From: the human T2T-CHM13v2.0 reference genome, Homo sapiens
Assembly (NCBI RefSeq): GCF_009914755.1
Contig: NC_060933.1
Reading direction: 5' to 3' (one strand)
Length of the DNA stretch: 64,000 bases
The notes below the pieces were generated by a model. That model did not search any database. It was not told the DNA's origin and was given only the letters and a program-made list of their open reading frames with translations. Each line of letters opens with the position of its first letter. Within the stretch, counting starts at the first letter, position 1. A program made the translations under genes and the position numbers. Of the stretch, positions 29,108-41,437 are shown in pieces.

Positions 29108-29750
29108 AAAGTTTAGAAACAGAACCAAATATATAAAGTCATTTGCTTTATGACAAAAGTAATATGGCGGCACAGTGTGGGAAAAGATGGACTTTTCAAT
29201 AAATGATGTTGGGTCAATTAGATATCCATGTAAAAAAAGAAAAGAAGAAAAGGAATCTTGATCATTACCTCACATCCTATACAAAATGTATTTCAGGTTA
29301 ATTATAGATCTAAATGTGAAAGGTAAAACAATAGAGTTTCTAAAACACAAGATAGGAAAATATCTTCATAGCCTTTGAGTGGGTTCTATTAAAGAATTTC
29401 TGTTCATTAAAACACACCAGTTAAAGGACTTCCAGGTAGCTGAAGATGAAGGAGGCTGTGTATAAATTAACTTTCCCAAGTCTCCGCAAACTATACTAGC
29501 TAGCTTTGTAGCTACAAACATTCTATACAAAATGATACCACATCTATAATGGAAGACAGAGAACATCAAAACTTTACAGATGACTGAATAAGAAGAGAAA
29601 AATTAACACATTTCACTTCTGCGTTTGCCTCACCCATGCCCTGATGCAAGGTTTTGTGGTAAAGGCAGAATGAGAAAACTGTGGCAAAGACAGAAGATGG
29701 TGTTTATTTAAGAGTGAACTAGAATAACTACCAGAAAGACGAATCTTCCC

Positions 29751-30137
29751 TGGTATGGTTTGCATTTGTGTTCCTGCCCAAATCCCATGTCAAATTGCAA
29801 TCCCCAGTGTTGGAGGAGGAGCGGCCTGCTGGGAGGTGACTGGATCATGGGGCAGGTTTTCCCCTTGCTGTTCTCATGCTAGTGAGTGCGTTCTCACAAG
29901 ATCGGGTTGTTTAAAAGGGTGTAGCACCTCCCCCTTTGCTCTCTTCCTCCTGCTTCCTTCTGCTCCAGACATGCCTGCTTCCGCTTTGCCTTCTGCCATG
30001 ATTCTAAGTTTCCTGAGGCCTCCCCAGCCATGCTTCCTGTACAGCCTGTGGAACTGTGAGCCAATTAAACCTCTTTTCTTTATAAATTACCCAGTTTCAG
30101 GTGTCTCTTTATAACAGTGTGAGAAAGGACTAATACA
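29751..30137 (+). mobile_element. MSTA-like MaLR solo LTR
   Basis: tggtatggtttg...ccaattaaacctcttttctttataaattacccag...ggactaataca, with a near-perfect 5-bp TSD (ttccc/ctccc). Confidence 0.88.
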
Positions 30138-30640
30138 CTCCCTAAATCTGAAGATACTAAAAAAAGCTGTGGAGTTCAAAAGTTCAAAAGCAGGCATCTG
30201 AATGGCAAAGGAAGTCAGAAGAATGGTTACATCTGGCAGTGGGTATTAACTGTAACACATAAAGGCAGTTTCTGAATTGCTACAAATAGTTTTTTTCTTG
30301 ACCTGGGTGGTAGTTACATGGGTGCTCTCCTTCAATAAAAATAATTAATGAAACCATAAAAGGTAATCCCAATCCTTCCATTGCTCCTCATCTCACATGA
30401 CCTGGGTTATAAACTCTTCATCGATCTCACTACTCCTTCCTCCTACCCCTAAGGTTCCTATCCTGAAAAGGAAGAGAATTAATATTTGTTGAGCACCTAC
30501 TATGTGTTTGCACTTGGTAAGATACTTTCTACTGTATAACCTCATCTAATCCTTACAAATCTGTGAGAGAGATATTATTATCCCCATTTTACAGATGAGA
30601 GACAAACTGGGAAAGGTTAAATGACTTGCACAACATCACT

Positions 30641-31190
30641 GTATTACTCTTAGGTTCAGCTGCATTGTAACAGAAAAAACAAATTATCAGTGACTTAAAT
30701 GAGATAGGTTATTTCTTTCTCATATAAAAGATGTCTGTGGGGAGGCTGAGTAATACAGCTATGACAGCTCCCCAGGGTAATAAGGGATCCAGGGTCCTAT
30801 CTTTATGCTCCACAATCCTAGAATGATGCTTCCTTGTCAAGGTCACCTTGTACCTAATGGTCCAAAATGGCTACTAGAAATCCAGCCATCACATCCACAT
30901 TCCAGTCAACACAAAAGAGAATGAAAAAGAAAGGCCATATCCCCCTTTAATAGAGCCTTTCTAGAAGTCCCACATAACACTTCTACTTATATCTCATTGG
31001 CCAGACTTGCAATCCCGGCCATATCTAGCATGGAAGGCTGGGAAGTGTATAATACATTTTCCAGTGAGGTGGCAACATACCCGGTTAAAAACCAGAGTTG
31101 CGTTATGAACTCTGGTTTGTTGTGTTACAGAGCTTAGAAGAGGGGAGGAGAGGTATGGATGTTGGTATAGATGACCAGCCACCTGCCAGA
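30641..31190 (-). mobile_element. Old MLT1 (K/L-like) LTR within MIR
   Basis: aaaatggctactagaaatccagccatcacatccacattccag and ctcattggccaga motifs. Confidence 0.65.
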
Positions 31191-32326
31191 GTCACCCAGT
31201 TGGGAAGTGTTGGGGCCATGATTCAAGTCTAGCCAGTGGCCCCTCCATGGGCCAGTCAGCCTTTTCCTTCTGAGCCCATGCCCCTCTGACATAGTGCCTT
31301 CTCCCAGTGTCATGAGTGCCTAGGGGAGTAGCAAGGAATGGGAGTAGCAAGGAATGGGAGCTTTGTGGGGGGTAGGGGAGAGAGCAGCGCTGTGAAGCTG
31401 GGCTCTCTGGGGAGTTCTATTTTTCCGCAGCACCTTTCCTTCCTCCGTGCTAAGCTCAGTGCTTCCCTAAAACTCCAAGTTCTTTGTCACGGTGCTCACA
31501 GCGCAGTGGTAATGAGATGGGTGCAGATTTTCATGGGCCATTGGCTCTAAGTGGAAGGATCACTAGATTTGCTGGGTTGAATAAATAATCATGGGTGGTC
31601 ACAGAAGTTTCTTGCCAGAAAACATTACAAAGTCTTCCAAAGGATGGACCTGTGCCTTTGATGGAGGGCTAGGGCTACTCCAGAGGTCTCAGGGTGCTAT
31701 GAACAGCTCATCTGGGGCCTTGGCCCAGCACTGAGCCTCAGCAGGGGCACAATAACAGGAGAAGAATGTCCCTATTGGAGAGGCTGAGCCATCGCTGGAG
31801 AAATCAAGCCAGAATTATAAATGCTCACAAAGGAAACAAAACGAACAGGACTTGAAAAATGGAAGCTGACACTTGAAATCACCGATGTCAAGTCACTTTG
31901 CGGGAGTAGAACAGTGATGGGGAGCCTCAGTGGAGAGAAGGAGCCAATGTTGGGCCCAAAGCAGGAGTCCAGGGGCTGTCTTCATGAGGTCCCAGAAAAT
32001 TGAGCTCTGAATGGGCTCAGAAAGCCTGAAGGTCCAAGTCCCAACGCAGGACAGTCCAATGGGAAAGGACTGAAGAACGTGCTTCTGGAGGGAGCCCGTG
32101 ACCTTGCTATTCCTCCTACCAGAAAACTCCTGGTGCTAATGAGTGAGCTGGGGACAGCTGGATGCTAGAGACAGGCATACAAAGGAGGGAACCTTGGAGA
32201 ATGCATCCAGGAGGTGCCACTGTTCTGCCCTTTTCTGTGACTTTGTCTATCGGGAGTCAGCTGTATCCTGGGAGATCTGACAAGAGCAAGTACAAGAGGA
32301 CAGGGGTTTGACAAATACAACCTGTG

Positions 32327-32521
32327 CAGGGCTGTGCTAGGATGAAGTGAATAAAGCACTAATTTCAGGTACAAAATTTAAAGGGGAGCCAAAATATCTC
32401 AGTAATTAAGATAAGCATATTTTAGTGTCATGTTTAAAAAATAAAAACTAATGCAAGAAACCCATGATGAACATAACATCAAAAATTTAAATACAGAATC
32501 CAACCTTGCACTTGCATGACT
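32327..32521 (+). mobile_element. Partial MER96B-like copy, a local duplicate of the element at 34062
   Basis: It shares both the element 5' portion and the upstream flank with 34038-34618. Confidence 0.7.
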
Positions 32522-32890
32522 TAACATCATAACCATGTCACAGAGCTTGCTGTAATAACTCCACACCATAGTTACACAAAGTTAGAGAACTGAGCTGTGA
32601 AAGCACCCTAGAAGTTACCTAGCCCAGGGAGAGAATGTGACTTGCTGAGGTTGCAGATTAAGTGGTGTGAACGCAGGATCCACACCGGATCTCTGGAGTA
32701 CCACACTCTGTGCTCCTGTGTGTCACGTAACAACAGAGGCCCACTGAGATGCCACAAAAGAGCTGATTTGGATGTGTCCCTAAGCACGTCACAGGTCTAG
32801 AGGAGCAGCATGGCAGAGGGGAAGGGGCGCTGAGTTGGGATTAGGAGTCCTGGCTTCAAGTCCTGGATCTGCCTCTACCTGCTGGATGAT

Positions 32891-33640
32891 TGTATTAGAT
32901 TTGTGGGGCTGCCAACAAGTTCCCACACACTGGGTGGCTTAAAACAACAGCAGTTTATTCTCTCACAGTTCTGGAGGCCAGAAGGCTGAAATTCAGGCAT
33001 TGCCAGTTATATTGGTCCATTCTCACACTGCTATAAAGAACCACCTGAGACAGGGTAATTTATAAAGCAAAGAGGTTCAATTGACTCACAGTTCTGTATT
33101 GCTGAGGAGGCCTCAGGAAACTTACAATCACAGTGGAAGGGAAAGTAAGAACCTTCTTCACAAGGCAGAAGGAAAGAGAGAGAGAGTGAAGGGGGAAGTG
33201 TCACACACATTCAAACAACCAGATCTCGTGAGAACTCATTCACTATCACAAGAACAGCAAAGGGGAAATGGCCCCCATGATTCAATCATCTCCCACCAGG
33301 TCCCTCCCCTGACACATAGGTAATCCAGGAAATCTCATCATGAGAGCCTGGGTGGAGACACAGAGCCAAACCCCATCATGAGGGTTGGCTCCTTCTGGAA
33401 GCTCTAAGAGAGATCCCTCCACTCCATGCCTCTCTCCTAAACTCTCCCTCTGCCTTTCTCTCATACAGGACACCTGTCGTTGGTTTAGGGCCTACCTGGG
33501 TAATCCAGGAAATCTTATCCTGAGAGCCTTAAGTTAATTACACCTGCAAAACCCCCCTTTTCCAAACAAGGTCACACTCCCAAGTTCCAAGGGTTACAAT
33601 GTGGATATATCTTTTTAGGGGCCACTATTCAACCCACTTT
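32891..33640 (-). mobile_element. MLT1 LTR interrupted by an MST LTR (33008-33378)
   Basis: The MLT1 motifs cacactgggtggcttaaaacaacag and gggccactattcaacccac flank an MST body (cattctcacactgctataaag...cagagccaaaccccatca). Confidence 0.8.
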
Positions 33641-34061
33641 CGTGATCTTGGGATGTCCCTTCCCCTCTCTGGCTCTTAGGTTTTCCATTTGTACAATAGT
33701 GAGGATGACAAGAGCCCATTCACTTGCTGTGGTTTTACAAGTGTTTGCTTGTTTTCATGGACATCGATGGATCCCAAAATACAGGCATCAATCCAGCAGC
33801 CAGTGCCATGCTGACCGTGGCCCCAAGCAGCTATATAGAACGCAAATTCAAATTCAAGAAACATTTCCTGACTCTCTAGAACTATGTTTGACCATAGACT
33901 TCTGAAGGCTGTTCGGAGAAGTTGGCTTGTGGTCAGACCATAAATAGGAATACTTTATTCAACTCTGGGCCCCACACCCTCTAGAGAGAATGTTCAACAA
34001 AGGCAAGTGCAACAAAGGAACAGGCTGAGCATGGGGAGGGGTTTGATAAATACAACCTGTG

Positions 34062-34800
34062 CAGGGCTGTACTAGGTGAATAAAGCACTACTTTCAGGTG
34101 CAAAATTTAAGGGAGAGTCAAAAAATCTTGGTAATTGTGTTAGTCCATTTTCATGCTGCTGATAAAGACATACCTGAGACTGGGCAATGTACAAAAGAAA
34201 GAGGTTTATTGGACTCACAGTTCCAGGTGGCTGAGGAAGCCTCACAATCATGGCAGAAGGTGAAAGGCACATCTCACATGGTGGCAGACAAGAGAAAGGA
34301 TGAGAGCCAAGCAAAATGAATTTCCCCTTATCAAACAATCAGATCTCGTGAAACTTATTCTCTACCACAAGAACAGTGTGGGGGAAACTGTCCCCATGAT
34401 TCAATTATCTCCCACCGGGTCCCTCCCACAACACATGGGAATTATGGGAGTACAATTCAAGACAAGATTTGGGTGGGGACGCAGAGCTAAACCCTATCAG
34501 TAATCAAGATAAAAATATTTTAATATTTTAAAAATAAAAATGAATGCAAGAAATCCATGATGAACAAAACATCGGAATTTAAATAAAGATAGAATCCAAC
34601 CTTGCACTGGCATGACTCACCTCACTTTCCTCACCCTAATCCCTGTCCTGTGAATCTGGTCTTTATTTAAAATTTTGACAATTTGTTCATCATGGGGTTT
34701 TTTTTTTGGCATTATTTTAATTGCATTAACATATTTTGTTTAATCTTGATTACCGATGTATCTGGCACCCTTTTAAATTTCAGGCTTAGTCCCAGCCCTG
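34062..34800 (+). mobile_element. MER96B-like hAT element with near-perfect 8-bp TSD, inserted in an L3/CR1 remnant
   Basis: TIRs cagggctg...cagccctg. TSD aacctgtg (34054-34061) and gacctgtg (34801-34808). Confidence 0.75.
34136..34499 (-). mobile_element. THE1 (B/C-like) solo LTR nested in MER96B
   Basis: tgtgttagtccattttcatgctgctgataaagacatacc...aaaccctatca, with a perfect 5-bp TSD gtaat. Confidence 0.9.
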
Positions 34801-36990
34801 GACCTGTGAGCTAACAATTGGAAGGACTAGCGCTGTTTAGTTTGGAGAAGCAGTGACTCTGTGGTCACTGAAGGACTATGTGGGACAGATGGGTCAATAG
34901 GATCTGAGTAGCTCCAGTGGGACCTAGGGGTGGCAGAATTAAAGGAGAGAATTCCTTTGCTACTGGAAGATCTGAGAATCTGATGGGAAGCTGGACTCCA
35001 TAATGTCTAAGAGCAGCTCTGGGACCCTCTGATTCCAAGAAGCGAAGAGGCTTCAAATTTCCTTGTGTAACTTTAACAATCTCGTAACTGTGGGGTAATG
35101 TAAGAAATGCTTCCTCTTGCTTCAAAGACCATGCGGACAGGGATTGGGTCTCCTGGACTTTTGGAAGCCACCTCAATGGTCCTGTCCCCTCCAGGGGGTG
35201 GGCTTATGAGTGGGTTTTCCAAAACTGTGAGGTGAACAGTCCCAAGGTGTCCCATGCATGAGACAGTGATGGGCAAGAGGTCAGCCTCTTCACCAATCCC
35301 GAATAAGAAAATTTAGAAAAGGGAAGTCAGTGATCTGGGGGATGTTGTTACAAATGCCAAAACATTTCCTCCCAAATACACTACAAAAAATGATCTTCCT
35401 ACAATGCACTCTCGTGTACTGCTCACAGCCCTGCACACAGCCCTGCATGGCTCCCACCCTGGCTGAAAGCCACACCCTTAGAACTATATCCGAGGGAGGT
35501 CCTTCCTGTAGTGTCTCATGGCTCTCATCCTGACAGCCTCACAGATCTCCTGTGCAACCATTTAAGTCTTTGGTCTTCCTGAAGCCTCTCCATTTAGTTA
35601 CTGTACCATCTGCTTTCATGGATATTTTTTTCCCTTAGGTTTTGTGTTTTCCTCAATTTTTATGATATTTTTAGATTAAAATACAGGGTATCCCTGGACC
35701 CAAGGATCTTAATAAATTGCAAAATTTGACACCTTTAAAAATAACACTTACTGAATAAATGAGTTATTTCTGCTCATTATTCAACATCTCAAAAAAATGT
35801 TATATATGCATTGATTTTGGTATGAAAATATTTCTTTCAACATTTTCTAACCAGGTGCCAGTACGAGCTAAAGAGCTGTTTACAAAATATGTCCTAATGA
35901 TTTGCCATTTCTTGACAAATCGATAAATCATTCATGTAGAGTTGGTTCCAATTGAGATTAAATAATACATAAAATTATATACATATATTTTTCCTTATTA
36001 TAAAGCTTTTTCTTGATATAAAATTTGGTCTGTAAGAACCCTGGGGGTTGAGTGAATAATTTAACTTCTGAACTCAGAAAAGACTTATGTGCATTGCTGT
36101 GCTGAATTTTGGCTGCTGTTCAGAATTGAGAAATGGATGTTACCACCTTTACCAGGGCTATCATCACCTGATCTTTGATAAGACTTACAATGATAGAGAA
36201 TGGTGTGCTTTGGAAATACTTTTACATGTCCTATATTACTTGGTCCTCGCAATAGCCCTATGAGATAAGCAGGGCAGGAATTAGTAACACTCCTCATGGA
36301 AGCATGCAGAGGCCCTGAGGCTGACACACCCTGTCCAAGGTCCTGCTCACAGTCGTGACAGCATCAAGGTGCCAGACACCATGCTAGTGGCTTGCACCAC
36401 CTGCCATCAATCCTCCTGATAACCCCCAGAAGGGGGTTATCACAGATATAGAAGCAGAGATATAGAAGATATATCTATAGAAGGGACATCCTAAGATCAC
36501 AACAGTATGCTGAATAGTGGCCCCTAAAAATATATATCCACACAGATATAGAAGCAGAGGCTTGGAGAACTCAGGTTCAAGGTCACACAGGTGGTAGTGG
36601 TAAAATTGGGGTTTGACGCAGTCTGGCAGCTCTACAGCATGTGTTTCCCAAAGTCTACTTAAGGCGTCTTTCCTCTCCTCCAGGAGAGCATCAACACAAC
36701 TGAGAATGACATCTTAGGTAAAAGGAGCACGGGATGAACTTTTACAGAGTCTAAAGGGCCCTGAAGTTGATGCCAGGACTCTATTATTCATATATGTATA
36801 CATAACATGTGTACTGTGTTATGTGCTTCACAATATCCTTACCTCATTTGGGTCTCACAGTTGCCTAGAGAGGTAAGCAGTGGAGGGTTGTACATACCAC
36901 ATTTTACAGGTACAAGAGGCTCAGAGAGGTCAAGTGATTTGCTCAAAGTGACACAGGACAATAAATGTGCTCTTTTGGCCAATGTCATCA

Positions 36991-37266
<276 letters not shown>

Positions 37267-38879
37267 CTATGAGGGCATTGAGAGTCGCACAGTTCAAGGC
37301 TCTGTGCCCTGGAAGACAGGTGGGGAGGAAGGCTTCCTCTTCCCAGAGGATTTAGGAAATGTTTAATTACTTGTTTGGTTTCTTCCTTGCTATTTATCAA
37401 AGGATCCAAGGTAGTTTATGGATAACATGTATAATAAAATAATAAGTACTGAATAAAAATTAAAACATAAGGGCCCATAAAAATATAAATTATGTTTCCT
37501 GAAGATAGAAGGAACAGAATGTAGACAGACCAAAGGTTCTAACCATATTCATCATTAGCTGCAAATTTCACCATGAACTTCCCAGCAGCCCAAGAGAAAA
37601 GGGCAACAAGGTTATTTACACAACTCTCATTATCAATAAGGAGAAAACATACCAGATCTTTGGGGAAACAAAGTATTTTCTAGTCTCTAACCCTAAAAAT
37701 GTCCCATATGGAGAGGATACTGTCAAATTAGCCAGTTTAGTATCAACACAACTTCTACAACAAAGAGATTTCATAAAGCTAATTTTTGTATAGATCTTTA
37801 CTAAAAGCTGAGGCCTCATAACACAACCCAGGGGGAATAATTTTTAAGGGGCCAAGGCAATTTAATCTAAGTGTGTAGTTTATATAAGATGCCACTTGGC
37901 AAACCGAGAAGTCGCTCTGAATCTTTATCCAAAACACAGAGTGTATAAATTCAGATCCTAAAAAAATTCCCTTACATTTTTATATCTTACATGGATCTTA
38001 TTTGATTGTCACTCACATTCACTCTGGGAGGTGGTTTATCATCCTCATTCTAGAGAGGAGGAAACTGAAAATCAGAGGGAAAGTAACTTTTCCAAGGTCA
38101 AACAGTCAGGGAGAAAAGTCAGGCCTGGATCTAGTTCTGCTGACTTTAAGGGTACAAAGCTACACTGCTTGCCTTCCATTTAAAGAAAAGTCATCAGAAG
38201 GTTCTAATGCACCCCTACTTGACTCTAATTCTTATTGTCATTATTTTATATCAGGAAAATCATGGTTTTTGATAGCTTTGATTCAAGCAGAAAAGTCCCA
38301 GTTTGTAGGACTGTCAGGTTCCATCAAAATTGGGTTCAGAATAAAGTTTCTAAGTGGTGGTCATGTACCCGTAAGTAAACAAAATACCCAGAAGTGACTA
38401 CAGAGAGCAGGGGTGGATGGAAATTTCCTCTGTGCATTGATGGACTGCCCGCATTCTAAACTGAAACCTTAAACAATCCTTCCGTTCAATCCTGGGGAGT
38501 CACCCACATTAGGAGATGTTGGGGAACCATTCATGTCGCACCCCTTGGCCTACAGCAGGGTTAATGTGAGAGGACAGGAGGGTGTAGGGAGAGAAGCCTG
38601 AGATTGCTCTGGACCCTGGGAAGGTTCTTGCTGCCTTCCACTTAGGCTCCAGGAGGCTAAAGTGAGGGTCTGTCCACAGAAGGGAGGCCAGAGCTCCCAA
38701 CAACTCCTATATGTTAGAGAAAAGTTACCATCAATTCTAACAGTCAGAGGGGCACTCTCCTCATCCCAAGTCCAGAGGCTACTCCTCTAAAACACCCTTA
38801 ATACCTGAGAAAGCCCAGGCTGCAGTGTGGAGCAGCTCATTGGGGTACATGTGAGTTAAAAGATTTGTTCCTTGACTTA

Positions 38880-39120
38880 AGCTCAGATCCCCTCTCTGTG
38901 GTCTCCATCCATTGGTTCGGCAAGGTATCTGAAGATTAAATAGACATTGCTTAACAAAAGACCCCTTCAACTACCTCAAGGCAGTGATCACACTGTCTCT
39001 TCACTAGACTCCTTCGATGATACAGGACCTTCGCTTCCCTCATTTTAGACACTGTACTTCTCATAATGCAACCTCAGATCACAGTCATTTTTGCAGCAAC
39101 TACATTACAATGTTGCCCCA
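38880..39120 (-). mobile_element. L3/CR1 fragment (further probable pieces at ~40540-40930 and ~43760-44010)
   Basis: ccatccattggttc, cccttcaactacctcaaggcagtgatca and taatgcaacctcagatcacagtcattttt resemble antisense CR1 ORF2. Confidence 0.5.
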
Positions 39121-39248
39121 AACAAAACTGTCATGGAAAATACAGAAAACTCTCGTATTTTAATTACCTAACAAAATCCCAGCTGAAGAAAAGCAGGCAG
39201 TCTCCGGGGCTTCTCTCTAATGAATGAAATTTAGTCCACAGAAACTTT

Positions 39249-39280
<32 letters not shown>

Positions 39281-39688
39281 GAAATGCCAGATCCTGGCTG
39301 GGGACTAGACTTTTGAATAAAAGGGTCACCCTAGTAATCCCAGGTCATTTAATCAATGGCAGAGCCTGTAAGACTTCACAACTCTCATCTTTTACTGACA
39401 GAGATCTCATGTGTATTGAGGTCCCATTATGTGTGTTGCTATTTTTATATATTATTTTATTCTCACAACTACCCTATGAGGTATGCACTATTATCTAAAT
39501 TTTATAGATGAAATTTTCTCAACACATATAGCTGGTAAGTCAAAGGGACAAGACTCAAAGTCCATTCTTGAAGTTCCGCTCTTAGTAAAACAAAACAAAA
39601 GGATTTTTGGAAGTTTTCTCAATCTTATAAGGTTGTGGCAAGGAGACAGCTCCACTTATGAGGAAGTAAGAATCAGTAGATACAGAGT

Positions 39689-39992
<304 letters not shown>

Positions 39993-40958
39993 TCAGAGTG
40001 AGGATATGAAAAGGCCTTCTGATCAGACACAAAGGCAGATTTTCTTCACACATGTGATAATTAAGACCATGTGGTAATTAATTAAGAGGCAGCACTGAGC
40101 AGGAAGTTCAGAGCAGAAAATCAGATCAGCTCTGACAGTTCTTCAACCAGCTACTGTCCTGTTGTAGCTGTTTCTTGTAAGTGAGTTTTCCAGAAAACAG
40201 AAGCTTATTCCATTTGAATGATAATACATTTTATTTAGAACATTAGTCAATTTTGATGAAGACAAAACTTTTTCTAACCTAGCTTCTGACTTTTTGGGGA
40301 AAAAAATAATACAGTCAAACAGCAGATTTTCTGCCACATGCCTGCCAGGTAACTCATGCACACAACTCCTGGAGCCCCACTTTTCCCATGGACAGACAGA
40401 GGAAAGCAAAGCCTGCCTCACTGTACTGGTTTAAGAATTAAATGAGATAATTTGTGTATCATGCATGGCAAACACTATGTTCAGAAACATTTTAGCTGCC
40501 CCTTCTCATTCTCTTCTCCTCTTGGTAACCCATAGTTTCATTCTGAACATAAGTCACTGTTCTGGGCTATGTTCTTGGGCTTAGAGAAGACTGCCCCAAA
40601 CACCAGATGGCCCCAGACAGTTGTACTTAGACTTTGGATCCACTTTTCATGGCTTTTTGTCTCCTTTCTAGCTGTCAGTTCTACACTGTCATTTTTCACT
40701 ATCATCAAGTTCCTCTGCCTCACTCTGAATTTGCTGCTTTTAAACTGCTATAGACTTGGAAAGTAGGGCGCCTAGATTGCTAAGCATATTTGTAGAGCAA
40801 AAGCAAGCAGGCTTTGAGTGAGGCTCTCCTGCAAGGGAGGTAGACTGGGCTTGGATAGATCATCCATTGTCTAATGCAACTGTGGAAATGCCTCCAGGAC
40901 TCCATTGCAGTATTCCTATGGTCAGAAGGGCTGAGGTTGTTGGACACATGAGTTTTAA

Positions 40959-41437
<479 letters not shown>

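Larger units (their letters stand above)
23100..30350 (+). mobile_element. Fragmented old L1M (L1MC/ME-type) cluster hosting younger Alu, MST and SVA insertions
   Basis: A-rich sequence with ORF1-like (gaagccagaagacaatggaatgacatcttc) and ORF2/3'-like (aatgggcaaaagacttgaat, tcattagtcatcagggaaatgcaaatt, ttcatggattggaagactt) segments. Confidence 0.75.

Noticed and set aside
25330-29385. Apparent duplication of L1 ORF2 sequence (25330-25555 versus 29145-29385)
   Set aside because: Similarity is low and patchy, consistent with two independent old L1M copies.
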